A stretch of DNA of 64,000 nt from Octopus sinensis (Eukaryota), in NCBI RefSeq assembly GCF_006345805.1, contig NC_042999.1, positions 56,420,001-56,484,000 on the forward strand, written 5' to 3'. Shown in pieces: positions 1 through 13,679 of the stretch. Position 1 is the first letter of the stretch. Each line of letters starts with the position of its first letter. The notes beneath the pieces were generated by a model. The model was not told where the DNA came from. It searched no databases and was given only the letters and a program-made list of their open reading frames with translations. The position numbers and the translations under genes were made by a program.

Positions 1-264
1 TGATCATAGCTGACAGGTATGGAACAGTTGCTATATTTTCATCATACTAGCTACATACTAGTTCTGACAAACAATATTACTTAACCATACTGTTATCTAA
101 CATTTGTTTAATGCACACACACACATATGATTTCCCTTGGATGTACCAATACTAATAACTAGTTTTTAGAACTCAATATACATATACAAGTATACTTTCT
201 GAAATAAACATTCACTTCATTTTAATGGCCCCCAAAGAAGCTATAAGATGTTGTGCACAAGCAC

Positions 265-312
265 TTAGCTCTGAGTGCACTGCTTTTTATAACAGAAACA
301 GCTGTAAGCTAA
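265..312 (+). ncRNA. Degenerate minimal type-I hammerhead ribozyme-like motif
   Basis: TTAGCT-CTGA(gtgcac...aca)-GAA-AC-AGCT-GT-A-AGCTAA: 6-bp stem I (TTAGCT/AGCTAA), palindromic mini stem III and GUA cleavage triplet. The core reads CTGA rather than CTGANGA. Confidence 0.45.
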
Positions 313-842
313 TGAAGTTGACTACATGATTCCTGTTCCCTCATCAGTAATTAATTAAAATACATAAATGTATATGTGTGTGTGTATATAACTAAACTAC
401 CAAGGCATGGGATACAAATATATATGTAATGTATACAACACCATATTCATGTATGTCGTAAACAAATATTTAACCCCAATGTGAAAGTAGACACCATGGT
501 TAATCACAATGGTTTTTAGCAGCTAGGAAGGAATAATTGAACCAACTAGATTTAGCTTCCACTAAAGAACCATTGGGGATTACTTACTGTGTCGTGTGTC
601 TTCCAAACTGCCAAAGAGAAGAATCTCAAAGCTATTTATAGAAAATGTAAACAAAATTCTTTGTAGTATAACTTAACTGTCATAATACACGGTTCTATAT
701 TTCTTAAGTCTGGCAGCAAAGACAACAGAGGTATGTGATTCCAGGGGCGTATTTAACGAAGGATAAAACTTGGTTTAATTCTTGTTCAAAGTTACTGAAG
801 ATCCCTGTGATTTAAATATGGCTTCTGCTTTTACTTTGGTAT

Positions 843-1250
843 TCATCATCATCATCATTGTTTAACATCTGCTTTCCATGCTGGCATGGGTTGGATGGTT
901 TGATTGAGGACTGGTGAACCAGAAGGCTGCACAAGACTCCAATCTGATCTGGCAAAGTTTCTATAGCTGGATGCCCTTCCTAATGCCAACCACTCTGAGA
1001 GTGTAGTGGGTGCTTTTACGTGCCACCAGCTCGAGGTCCAGTCAGGTGGCACTGGCATCAACCATGCTCAAAGGTGTTTTTTATGTGCCACATGCACGGG
1101 AGCCAGTTCAGCGGTACTGGCTACGACCACACTTGAATGTTGTTTTTTCATGTGCCACTGGCACATATGCCAGAAAGGTAACGCTGGCAACAATCACGCT
1201 TGGATAGTGCTTTTAACGTTCCACTGGCACAAGTGCCAATCAGGCGGTAC
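843..1250 (-). repeat. RTE-LINE 3'UTR-derived repeat (family A) with (GAT)n tail
   Basis: Reverse complement of the sequence directly following the RTE ORF2 end at 37260-37735; starts with (CAT)n. Confidence 0.8.
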
Positions 1251-1962
1251 TAAATATGTTTATTTAACAATCAGAATATAACATCACATATATACATAAT
1301 ACACACACACTTCAAAAGTAAATAGATACCTCTCATTATGCCATTTTATCTGTGCAGATACAACTAACCAGTACAATACCCAAACGAGTTAAATGATTAA
1401 AAATTGCCCAAGGCACGTCTACTAAATACTAGATTAAGTATTTAAATGCATCAAATTACATTATTTTAGTTTCCAGAAATAAATCTTTCAAAAATGATTG
1501 TGTCTATTTACATTTGTGATGTCTGGGTCCATGTGTGTATATTATATATTCTTCATCATCAATATATACATTTTTATATAAATACACACATATATCACAT
1601 ACGGGAGAAAAGATTAGATTCTGATCTTGTAATCAAAGTATTCTTGCAATATAAAAGGAATTCAATGTAAGAGAATATATTCAGTTATAATGTCTCCATG
1701 CAACATGGTCAGATGTTTCAACTCATGTCTCTACAGAGAAGACACATGTATGTTCACAGAACCTGTGTTTGCTGACCAACTGCTGTCTCATTTGCAACAT
1801 GAACAGGTGCTTCTTAGCATGCACAGTCTATCCAATAGCCGGGTTGGTAACAAAAGGGTTAAACTATATCTGTTAACCATTTCAAATTTCTGGGTACCTA
1901 AACTAAATTCTCAGTTCAAATAAAATTAAGATTCAGAATCCAATATGTCAAAATAATCTGAA

Positions 1963-2355
1963 CGGGCAGGTATGGCTGTGTGCTAAGAAGTTTCCTTCTC
2001 AAATACAAGGTTCCAGGTTAGTCTCATTGCACAACACCTTTGGTAAGTGTCTTCCACTACAACCCTGGGCCAACAAAAACATCATGAGTGGGTTTAATGG
2101 AGAGAAACTGAAAGACACCCATTGTATGCATGTGTGTGAATGTGTTTACCCCCACCTCTGCTTGACAAACAGTGTTGGTGTGTTTACGTCCCTGTAACTT
2201 ATCAGTTCAACAAAAGAGACCAACAGAATTAGAACCAGACTAAAGAAGAAGAATAAGTATTGGGATTGATTTGTTCAACTAAAATTCTTCAAGGAAGTGC
2301 CCCAGCATGGCCACAGTCTAATGATTGAAACAAGTAAAAGAAAAACAGATAAAGG
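1963..2355 (+). mobile_element. tRNA-derived SINE, family B
   Basis: Head GGCAGGTATGGCTGTGTG.TAAGAAG, body GGAAACTGAAAGAAGCCC-like, tail CAGCATGGCCACAGTC..GAAACAAGTAAAAG; about 15 homologous copies in the window. Confidence 0.85.
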
Positions 2356-2360
2356 ACACT

Positions 2361-3200
2361 CTTTACTCTTTTACTTGTTTCAGTCATCTGACTGTGGCCA
2401 TGCTGGAGCACCGTCTTTGGTCGAGCAAATGGACCCCAGGACTTATTCACTGTAAGCCTAGTACTTATTCTATCGGTCTCTTTTGCCGAACCGCTAAGTT
2501 ACAGGAACGTAAACACACCAGCATCAGTTGTCAAGCGATGTTGGGGATGACAAACACAGACACACAAACATATACACACACATACTTATATATATATATA
2601 CACACACACACATATATATATATATATACATATATATATACAAAGTGAGATAGGGGTTATGAGTGTAACCCACTATGGGATATCAGTTATCCAATATACT
2701 GGTGGTGAAGCACCCAAAAGGCAAATACATAAATGCTTATAATTGCAATGCAATTAATTCATTTATTGTATTAGATGGGCGAAGGTAAAATATTTTACCT
2801 CAAATTCATAATACAAATAAGAAAATGGAGGAACAGATTCATTTCAATCATCGACTTACAGATATTACCAATCCATATTATTTATTAACTACATAAATAG
2901 GAACATCTAAATCCAACAAAATAAAACAATATACACCAATAAGTAAGATAATACCATAAAAATAATACACATAAAATGGATCTTACAGCTGTTTCAGCCT
3001 GTAGATAAGGTATCTCATTCTGCCTATATTAGTCAGATGTATTATACGACGGGCTTCTTTCAGTTTCCATCTACCAAATCCACTCCCAAGGCTTTGGTCA
3101 GCCCGAGGCTATAGTAGAAGACACTTGCCCAAGGTGCCACGCAGTGGGACTGAACCCGGAACCATGTGGTTGGTAAGCAAGCTACTTACCACACAGCCAC
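2361..3200 (-). mobile_element. SINE family B split in two (2361-2575 and 3047-3200) by a microsatellite plus a ~400-bp insert
   Basis: The 3' and 5' halves are collinear with other family B copies; the insert ends in a hammerhead-like motif. Confidence 0.75.
2979..3040 (-). ncRNA. Degenerate hammerhead-like motif
   Basis: Minus strand CAT-CTGACTA-...-GGCT-GAAAC-AGCT-GTA-AGATCC; same GAAACAGCTGTAAG module as 19255-19300, but core and stem I are mutated. Confidence 0.35.
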
Positions 3201-4089
3201 TAACAAAATATACAATATCGAGAAGTGAAATTCAAATGAGACTGAATATATTTTTCTTATGCTACAATAATTTAAGCATGTCTCATATCAGTGAGGGAGA
3301 AGGTGGGGTGCTAAAAATACTGAAATACAATAATTAAAAATATCACCGCTCAAACTTTCTCAATCCTTAGGGGGGGGGGGGTTGACACCTACTCTTCCCT
3401 ATGTTCCCCCTTACTTATCATCACTCACCACTGGTTCATTATATTCACCCTCTCACCTATTCCGTGTCTGTCTCTCACTTTTTTAAACACTCTTCCAGCC
3501 CCAACCCATACTCATGTTTCCTTTGCCTCTCACTCCTACTCACTTTGTAACTTGGGGATAGGATCCACCCTGACATCTCATCACAACTAATTTTATCCGG
3601 TTCCTGCTCTCATCTATCTCACACTTTAACTCCTCATCACATACCTTCTCTCTCTCTCACTATCTATCTATCTATCTATCTTTAATGTAGCTCAACTCAG
3701 TCAAATGCTATATGGCATCCTCACTAGAGCCAGTGCCATTAAAAAAAGGCACCCAGTACATGCTCTGAAATGGCTAGCATTAGAAAAAGGTATCCTATCG
3801 TGGAAATCACACCAAAGCAGACACTGGAGCAGAAGGTAGTTTTCAGACCCATTGGATCCAGTCAAGCTGATGCAAGCACTGAACATGGATGTTAAAGGCT
3901 GATGATGATGATTATTATTTTTCTTTCTTATTAGCAATGGTGATAATAATAATAAAAAAAGAAATCAGTGATGACATGCAGAATAAAAGAGGAATTTATT
4001 TCAGGTCATGCACAGTGCTAATTATAGGCCTGGTAATTAAATAGCTCAATATTGTAAATTATTGTTTTTTTGTTTTTTTTTTAAACTAA

Positions 4090-4234
4090 TGATTATGTGT
4101 GTGTATGTGCATATATATATATATATCATCATCATATAATATATATATATATATATATCATCATAAACATATCATATATATATATATATATATCATCATC
4201 ATCAACATATATATATATATATCATCATCATCAT

Positions 4235-4281
<47 letters not shown>

Positions 4282-4330
4282 TATATCATCATCATATATA
4301 TATATATATATCATCATATATATATATATA
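4090..4330. repeat. Compound (TA)n/(CAT)n microsatellite
   Basis: Directly visible. Confidence 0.95.
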
Positions 4331-4929
4331 AGTATTATTTTGAAATGGTAAGAGAGTATAAAGAGTATTTGCTTCCAGTGATGGAAAGAGAAATCAATAC
4401 AGCAAATACCGCAGTGTGATGGTTGCATTGACAGCGACACAGCAAAAGTTTGGCAAAACAACAATTGGGCTTTTTGTAACCTTATATATAGAAAAGAAAT
4501 TGAATTCTGAGACTAGTAAAGCTAGAGAAGTAATGAGACATAGGTGAGTAATCCTGGAAACTTTGATTGAAAGATCAATATTTAATCCTTTTATGAATAA
4601 TGCAAATTTCAAATAAGGATCACAATTGACTTAAGTATTAAATGAGATTTTGCCAAGACAATGACGTCATCATTGTCATCACTATCAGTTGAATGTCTAT
4701 TTTTCCATGCTCACATGGGTAAGATGGAAATCACTGCTGCGGATTTCCTACAGGTCAATGCCTTTCCTGTTGTCAAATCTCACCTGTTTCCAAGCCAAGT
4801 AATATTTTCCCATGACCAGACATGTTTTCAAGGAAGATTGGAAACAAAGTACAACACTAGCTTGTCTGTATCTGCACACTTCAGTTCATTCAACATCTGC
4901 AGGACAGGGCCTTACGCTCAATTCATACA

Positions 4930-5315
4930 ACTATGTGATGCTGCAGAATCTGTGGCCAATTACTGGTTTGAGAGGGTCGCCGCTGGAAGGCCCTAGGTGT
5001 GACAGCAGGATTTAGCTCCTTGCTATACTTGAGGAAAGATTCAGATATGGTTGTCTGAGAATTTCTACAACTTCACTAGCTCCAATTTCTGGCTTCCTGA
5101 TAACCCCAATTGTAATCCCATCAATTACTATGTGTGGCATGCAGTTGAGAAAGACACCAACTGCTCTGCTTGCAACCCTTAAGCTGAGCTGGTGGCCAAG
5201 ATCAAGACCATGTTCGAAGATTTTCCTAGGGACACTGAGGAACACATATGTCAGGCTCCAGAGCCATATTGAGGCTGTAATGGGAGCTGGGGGTAGCTAC
5301 TTAGAGAAAATTGCT
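4930..5315 (+). pseudogene. Decayed Tc1/mariner DD37D (maT-like) transposase C-terminus
   Basis: Translates with stops to WFERVAAGRP*V*QQDLAPCYT*GKIQIWLSENF..FWLPDNPNCNPINYYVWHAVEKDTN, collinear with the 24311-24799 transposase. Confidence 0.8.
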
Positions 5316-5337
5316 ATCTCCCAGATATAATCTAGTT

Positions 5338-5656
5338 CAGTGGTTCCCAAAGTGGGCAGTATTGCCCCACCTGGGGGAAGAGGAAAGTTCCAAGGGGGCA
5401 TTGAAGAAAAATGGGGTGATAATGGGGGAGCAATTCATGTAAAAAATGTGGGGCAATAATAGGGTAACGATTCATGTAAAAACAACAAAATAATGGGTTC
5501 ATTAAATTAAGTTTTTGTTTATGAAATACAGTTGCTTTGAATTTGCCTCAGAAAGAGGTCTATATTTGTGAGAGTTAGTTGGGGTGGGGATGGGGGTGCT
5601 AGGAATGTGGCCTGTGTGTCAAGGGGGTGGCAGCCCGAAAAATTTGGGAACCACTG
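5338..5656. mobile_element. hAT (Charlie-like) MITE
   Basis: TIRs CAGTGGTTCCCAAA / TTTGGGAACCACTG flanked by a perfect 8-bp TSD ATCTAGTT (5330-5337 and 5657-5664). Confidence 0.92.
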
Positions 5657-6267
5657 ATCTAGTTCATATTTTTTGATTTTTTAAAATAATTTTATTTTTG
5701 GCTGGAATATTGTTTTCTTTTCTTTTTAAGCAAACTGACAAATTTATTTCGACCACCCATACACACACACACATACCTATTCCTCCTCATCTACTGTCTC
5801 TATGGTTCTTCCTCTCTTACTATGCAAGTCTATCAATGAGGAAATCCTCATTGATAGAATTTACATTGGTTGGACAACAACAGACTGACTTACATATGGG
5901 TAGATGTGTGTGTGTGTGTGTGTTGAATAATGTTTGACACTCATGGGGTGTGATTCTATTACTTTGTAAAATTTGACCTGATTTGGTGGAGCTATTTGAG
6001 AATGCACTGGGAACAAACAGACAGAGAATATTATATATATAGATTAAGCACATATATTAAATGTTAATTTAAGGGTTAATATGTAACTGTAAATACCTTG
6101 CAACTGCTGTGATAATTATTAAGTGGCAATTGAACAGTAAATGTGTAAAATAAGATTATCTTAGTGTTATCAGATTAGAATTAAAAGTGAAAGAATAAAA
6201 GTGAAACAATATTATATCACATTACAATATAGATGTTATTGTTTCACTTTTGACATGTAATACTGAA

Positions 6268-6434
6268 CTAGACTGTTCCGGGCCCACATTAGGCAAGAAG
6301 TTGAAGTTGGGCTCATGACACTCCATGGACCCTAAGTAATGCATGTGTAAAATTTGAATGAAATCGGTAGGTTAGTTCTCTAGTTTTAGGGATCAACACA
6401 TACAGACAGACACACATTCTCAGTTTTATATATA
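6268..6434 (-). mobile_element. Small non-autonomous Helitron-like element
   Basis: Minus-strand 5' end TATATATAAAACTGAGAATGTGTGTCTGTCTG resembles the start of the 28049 element; 3' end is CTAG followed by T. Confidence 0.5.
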
Positions 6435-6448
6435 CAGCAGCAACAGCA

Positions 6449-6782
6449 GAGGCGAAATGGCCCAGTGGTTAGGGCAGCGGACTCACAGTGGTGGGATCAT
6501 GGTTTCGATTCCCAGACCAGGCGTTGTGAGTGTTTATTGAGCGATAACACCTAAAGCTCCATGCGGCTCTGGCAGGGGGTGATGGCAAACCCTGCTTTAC
6601 TCTTTCTTCCTGTTTCTGTTGTACCTGTATATCAAAGGGCTGGCTTTGTCACACTTTGTGTCACGCTGAATCTTCCCGAGAACTACATTAAGGGTACACG
6701 TGTCTGTGGAGTGCTCAGCCACTTGCACGTTAATTTCATGAGCAGGCTGTTCCGCTGATCGGATGTAACCGACAAAGTGCCA
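6449..6782 (+). mobile_element. tRNA-derived SINE, family D (long tail type)
   Basis: Head GAGGCGAAATGGCCCAGTGGTTAGGGCAGCGGACTC..GGTTTCGATTCC with A/B-box-like motifs; homologous to 17790-18085 and 39630-39920. Confidence 0.85.
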
Positions 6783-6831
6783 TGATAACTTTACCTGTAT
6801 GCAATGTGACCCATCATTCATGATAATTCAT

Positions 6832-7115
6832 CATCATCATCACTTAACGTCCATTTTCCATGCTGGCATGGGTTGGACGGTTCGGCTGGGATCTGGGAAT
6901 TCAGGAGGCTGCACCAGGCTCCAATCTGATCTGGCAGAGTTTCTACAGCTGGATGCCCTTCCTAACGCCAACCACTCCGAGAGTGTAGTTAGTGCTTTTT
7001 CTCGTGCCACTGGCACAGGGGCCAGTGGAGGCTGGCAACGACCATGATCAGTTGGTGTCTTTTACGTGCCACCAGCACAGAAGCCAGTCAAAAAGGTGCT
7101 GGCATCAGCGACATT
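6832..7115 (-). repeat. Family A (RTE 3'UTR) copy
   Basis: (CAT)n followed by TTAACGTCCATTTTCCATGCTGGCATGGGTTGGACGG. Confidence 0.8.
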
Positions 7116-8305
7116 CCGATGATTATTATTATTACTCACTGCACTCTTGCAAACCTCACAGAAAACATAAAAATGTAAGCATCTGTAAATAGCGACTTTG
7201 TTTAATAACTATCGAATAATTATGTATAATCAGGACCCTGGAAAATTCTAAAAAAAACAAAAAATGTAAGCATCTTTAAAAGTAACATCTAATTATAGAG
7301 TAGAAAACTAAAAGTAATATCAAATATTGGCTAAGGACCCAGAATACAGAATACAGGAATTAATTACAAATTAGAAAAGTAAAATCAACATCTGGGGTTA
7401 TGTATCTGTCTACTCTGAAAATACTGATAAACATTTAAAGACATAAAATGGATGCCACCTTCCTTTCAGTCATTACTCACTCTCTCTTTTTCTCTTTCAC
7501 TCCCTCTCTGTCCCTCCTCTCCCTCGCTCTGCCACTCGCTTCGACTATACCAACTCTGTTTAACACTTTTTATTTCTCTTTTCCTTTTTAACTCTCCCTT
7601 TAACAGTAGAAAAGTAACAGCAACAGCCACAGCTATTTGCTGTGAGAGACAGATAGACAGAGGGAGAGATAGTGTGTATGCTAGACAGATAAAAAGATAA
7701 ACAGACAGATAGATAGGCAACATTTCTTTTAACAATTTCCATATTTTCATTGACTTTATCATATAGTCGAAAATGAAAAGTTTTCCAGCATTTTCTCCAT
7801 GAGAATGGTTCCATTCTCTTTCACTATTATTCTCTATCTACTACCTTCCTTCACTCAATCTATCTCTCTAAATCTTGCTCTTTACCCCCTCTCTCACCAC
7901 TATCAATCTCTCCTCTTACTTCCTCCAATCTGCTGCTTTGCCTCTCACTTCAACTATATTTCCTCGGCTTCTGTCACTCCCCTCTCTCCCGCTTTGCCAC
8001 TCATTTCAACTATACCTCCTCTGCTTAACATCTTTTATTCCTCTTTTTCTTTGTATCTCTCCTTTCAACCTTTTTACCTCTTCCTTTGAACTAAGTGTGA
8101 CATACACCACAGGTACATACAAAACAAAGCATATTAATACTATTGATGATTATTGAACTGAAATAAAAGGAATAATTTTAACGCATGAATACACACACAC
8201 ATATACATACACACATAATAAATAAGTCTATATAGTCTGTGTGTCCCAAACATATCCTAATGTAAACCCTGTTGTCCTTTGTACACCCTGGTGATTTTCC
8301 ATAGG

Positions 8306-8612
8306 TCATCATCATCGTTTAACGTCTGCTTTCCATGCTGGCATGGGTTGGATGGTTTGACTGAGAACTGGCAAGCCAGGAGGCTCCACCAGGCTCCAAT
8401 CTGTTCTGGCAAGGTTTCTACACCTGAATGCCCCTCGCAATGCCAACCACTCCAAGAGTGTAGTAGGTGCTTTTTACATGCCATCAGATCGGGGGCCAGT
8501 CAAGCAGCACTGGCAACAACTATGCTCGAATGGTACTTTTTACGTGCCACCAGCACAGGGGCCAGTGAAGCAGCATTAGCATCGACCACGCCAGTCAGGC
8601 AGCACTGGCAAA
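8306..8612 (-). repeat. Family A (RTE 3'UTR) copy
   Basis: Same diagnostic sequence as 843-1250. Confidence 0.8.
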
Positions 8613-8963
8613 TGCAACATTATATATTTATATATGTTTTGTAATTTTAATTTTGTTTGTGAAATGAAACAATTGTTGATGAATATGTTCATTAATTAAT
8701 TAACTGATTTGTATTCATTAGCTCTCTGTTTTCTAACTCGACAATTATATATATATACATACACACCAAGTTTTGTCAGTGAACAATTCGCAGTTTCAAA
8801 GCGATGAAAATATTTTGACACAAATGAAATTTAAATGTTGAAGTGAAACTAACAATTTTTGTGTGTTGTTGAATGGTTTACAAACATCTTCCCCGCTGCA
8901 ATTGTTTTTGTTTCAGCACATGATCTCAGATCAAGTCATTTGCTATACAAGTACATCTCCATA

Positions 8964-9040
<77 letters not shown>

Positions 9041-9041
<1 letters not shown>

Positions 9042-9702
9042 GTTACTTCAAACATGAACAAAGAGAAAACACAACAACGTGAGGATGTGGAACAAGTATA
9101 GTGTTATTGGACGCTCAGGAAAGGAAAGAAATAAGAAGATTTAACATTTTGAATGGAGCTCTTCGTTAGAAACATAGAAAAAGGAAAGGTCTAAGAAAGA
9201 GAAGACGGAGAAAGAAAATCACCAACGATACACATGCGGTCACATATTGACTATATATATATAAATACATACATACAAAAATATATGTATATACATACAT
9301 ACAAATAAAGTTTACAAACCTCATTCAGGGATAGCAAAATCCAATAAATGTACTGGTTAGTTACCTACACAAAGAATGTTGAATATTACAGATTAATAAT
9401 TAACTGCAAGGTAACTATAATGATGATGAGGTTATGTGAGTGTGCGTGTGTTTATGTTCATGGGTACATGTACACAGACAAGCTGAGAGATGTAAATGTA
9501 CAAGCACATACTTATATGTGCATATGAGATTTTATAAGTACATTTGTAGGGTGTGTGTGTGTGTGTGTGAATGTGTGGCAGGTTGAACAAAATCTAACTT
9601 CAAATCAGGAAGTGAACAACACATGCATACCAGAAAGATTTTACAGTTTAAGTAATCATTGTTAGAAATGTGTGTGTGTGTGTATGTATACATATATGTA
9701 TG

Positions 9703-9783
<81 letters not shown>

Positions 9784-10440
9784 CTTCAAACATGAACAAA
9801 GAGAAAACACAACAACGTGAGGATGTGGAACAAGTATAGTGTTATTGGACGCTCAGGAAAGGAAAGAAATAAGAAGATTTAACATTTTGAATGGAGCTCT
9901 TCGTTAGAAACATAGAAAAAGGAAAGGTCTAAGAAAGAGAAGACGGAGAAAGAAAATCACCAACGATACACATGCGGTCACATATTGACTATATATATAT
10001 AAATACATACATACAAAAATATATGTATATACATACATACAAATAAGTTTACAAACCTCATTCAGGGATAGCAAAATCCAATAAATGTACTGGTTAGTTA
10101 CCTACACAAGAATGTTGAATATTACAGATTAATAATTAACTGCAAGGTAACTATAATGATGATGAGGTTATGTGAGTGTGCGTGTGTTTATGTTCATGGG
10201 TACATGTACACAGACAAGCTGAGAGATGTAAATGTACAAGCACATACTTATATGTGCATATGAGATTTTATAAGTACATTTGTAGGGTGTGTGTGTGTGT
10301 GTGAATGTGTGGCAGGTTGAACAAAATCTAACTTCAAATCAGGAAGTGAACAACACATGCATACCAGAAAGATTTTACAGTTTAAGTAATCATTGTTAGA
10401 AATGTGTGTGTGTGTGTATGTATACATATATGTATGTATA
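9041..10440. repeat. Tandem duplication of a ~735-bp unit (9041-9705 and 9779-10440) bounded by (TA)n
   Basis: Near-identical copies starting AGTTACTTCAAACATGAAC. The first ~200 bp are the reverse complement of the 33841-34020 family and include a decayed hammerhead-like motif (9138-9173, 9876-9911). Confidence 0.92.
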
Positions 10441-10448
10441 TGTGTATG

Positions 10449-10512
<64 letters not shown>

Positions 10513-10663
10513 TGTATGTATATATACATGTATATATATATTAATAATATAAAATGACAACAAAAGAATGAGACCTTGATATTAGGTTAATAGAGGAATT
10601 TATATATGTATAGAACACACTGATTGCCCTATACTATACACACACATTATATATATATATATA

Positions 10664-10712
<49 letters not shown>

Positions 10713-11238
10713 CACACACATACATACATACAACTGTCTGGTGTTAGGAAGAAGTAACCTAAGAATTAAAACACCTGGCTGGTGTGGCCCATAAGAATAA
10801 TTGACATTATTTTCCATCCTAGAAACATGGAAAAGTTTTGCAGGTATGATACCAGGTGAAGACTTTCAACTGTTGCTGCAAAGATATTTATAGGAGCTGT
10901 TTCTTGTTTTCCTTTTTAATGTTTACTATGGGCTGGGTGGGCAGGTGGGGTTACGGTAGCAGAAGTAGGTAGTCTACGTACTAAAATATTTCAAACAAAA
11001 TAGGTAAATATAGAAACAGAGCTGGGTATACATGCAATGTATGTATGTAATGTATGTGCACATGTATACTATTTATGTTTATATATATAATATATATATA
11101 TATATATACACACGCTACATGCATGCATGAGTGTCTTTTATGTATTTATACATATGTATATATACATGTGTGTGTATATATCTATGTACATGTATGTATG
11201 TATCTACGTATATCTATATCTATCTATCTATCTATCTA

Positions 11239-11279
<41 letters not shown>

Positions 11280-11831
11280 GAATTTACATACATATATATA
11301 TAGTGAGAGAAAACTTCAAGTAATAGATTATCAAGAGGTGTAGCATGCAAAATTGAAATGGGCAGTAACTAGAGATTTGCGAAGATGTAGAGGTAAAGGA
11401 ACAAGGAACAATTGGATAAGGGCCAATTGTAGATTACAGCAACAGATTCCTGGAAATTAAGTGGAGTGAAAACTGAGTAAATAGCTGGAATATTACGAAG
11501 TTAAATTTGAAAAATAAATTGGGAAGAATGAAGAATTAAGAGCAATTCAGAGAGTTTTGCAAACTAGATTCGAAATTATTTTATCTGGCTAACAAGTTGG
11601 TGTTGCATAGTAATTAATTGAAGTTTCCATGTCTGTAAATATATAGTGCAAGTATGGCTACGGGCCCAAGTGTGGCCACAGGGGCAAGTGCTATCATGTG
11701 GATAAGAAGTATGCTTAAGATATAGATAAAATGTATCTCTCTTTCTCTCTCTCACACACACATACATATATACACACACATATATACACACATACATATA
11801 TACACACACACATATATATACACACACACAC

Positions 11832-11869
<38 letters not shown>

Positions 11870-11877
<8 letters not shown>

Positions 11878-11983
11878 TGGTGATTGTCTACTCCCTATGC
11901 AGAGTTTGACCATCTCCTGTGCCTACACCTTAGAACCATCATGGCATCTTATGTGGCTTTTTAAACCACATACATATATACAC

Positions 11984-12014
<31 letters not shown>

Positions 12015-12105
12015 TGGTGATTGTCTACTCCCTATGCAGAGTTTGACCATCTCCTGTGCCTACACCTTAGAACCATCATGGCATCTTATGTGGCTTTTTA
12101 AACCA
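11870..12105. repeat. Tandem duplication, period ~136 bp
   Basis: CATGGTGATTGTCTACTCCC...GGCTTTTTAAACCA at 11876 and 12012, separated by a CA/TA tract. Confidence 0.9.
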
Positions 12106-12380
12106 GACAATGTTCTGAAAAGACACCCAATAGATTGCACATCTGATTTGGACCACCAAGAGCTGTAGATAAGCTTTGTGGATCTTAGAATGTCTTTTGA
12201 GGCCTCCATTAGATCTGCAAACCTTCTGGCATACATTGCATTCAACGATGTGCACAGACATATAAGCAGAATAGCTGGTGGAGGTTCGTTTTCCATGGGT
12301 TTGCAAATATGATTTATGCCCAGCAAAAAAAAAGGCATGGTCTGTCACGAACTGTGCACTCAAAAAGGTCATTGTCATTC
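12060..12380 (-). pseudogene. LINE (RTE-like) ORF2 C-terminal C2H2 remnant
   Basis: ECNVCQKVCRSNGGLKRHSKIH and CLFRTLSGLKSHIRCH motifs, similar to the C-terminus of the 13690-14320 fragment. Confidence 0.55.
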
Positions 12381-12560
12381 ACCTTCTCAATCTTAACATT
12401 CTTCCTTAGATCTCTTTACATATAGACACACACACACATATATATATCTATATATATATATATACATACATGTACACACACACACATACATATATCTATA
12501 TACAGACACACGCAGTAGTACCATGGTTTATGAACAACTGATCACAAATAAATTGTGCTT

Positions 12561-12615
<55 letters not shown>

Positions 12616-12747
12616 CATGATTTATTCATGATGAGAGGCATTCGTAAACCGAGGTTCTATTGTATTAAATGTATATGTGAAAGACAGGAGATAAAGCACG
12701 ATTTATTCATGATGAGAGGTGTTCAAAAACCGAGGTACTATTGTATA

Positions 12748-12786
<39 letters not shown>

Positions 12787-12823
12787 CACACACACATATA
12801 TATATATATATGCATATTCTTTT

Positions 12824-13195
12824 ATTCTCTTATTTGTTTCAGTCATTTGACTGCAGTCATGCTGGAGCACTGCCTTTAGTTGAACAAATCAACCTCAGGA
12901 CTTATTCTTTGTAAGACTAGTACTTATTCCATCAGTCTCTTTTGACAAAGCGCTAAGTTATGGGGATGTAACCACACCAGCATCAGTTGTCAAAACATAG
13001 GGTGGGGGCCTAAATACACACACACACACACATATGCAATGGGCTTCTTTCAGTTTCTGGCTACCAAATCCACTCACAAGGCCTTGGTTGGCCTGAGGCT
13101 ATAACAGAAGACACTTGCCCAAGGTGCCACACAATGGGACTGAACCCAGAACCATGTGGTTGGTAAGCAAGTTACCACACAGCCACTCTTGCGCA
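12824..13195 (-). mobile_element. SINE family B
   Basis: Full-length reverse-complement copy. Confidence 0.85.
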
Positions 13196-13203
13196 TATAT
13201 ATG

Positions 13204-13237
<34 letters not shown>

Positions 13238-13318
13238 CACACACACATATATATATACATACACACACATATACATACATACACACACATATACATACAT
13301 ACACACACATATACATAA

Positions 13319-13352
<34 letters not shown>

Positions 13353-13362
13353 TATATATATA

Positions 13363-13419
<57 letters not shown>

Positions 13420-13679
13420 TCTATGTATATATATATATTCACACACACACATACATATATATATATATTTGAAAAAAAAAATTAATGGAAATGACATTTC
13501 AAATAATTTTTTCACTCAGTAATTAGATGTTTACATATTATTAGGTGTTTACAAATCGTGACTGTTGAGTTTCTCACTTAAAAGCCATTTTCAAATTGAT
13601 GTTTTAGAGTTTGTTATCCACTATGTAGACAGGGTTGTTAAACTACGAACATACACATGTATAGACATGCACACACTGA

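Noticed and set aside
6449-6520. tRNA-like heads (also at 15534, 35144 and 35730) as tRNA genes
   Set aside because: They continue into SINE bodies and do not form a complete cloverleaf.
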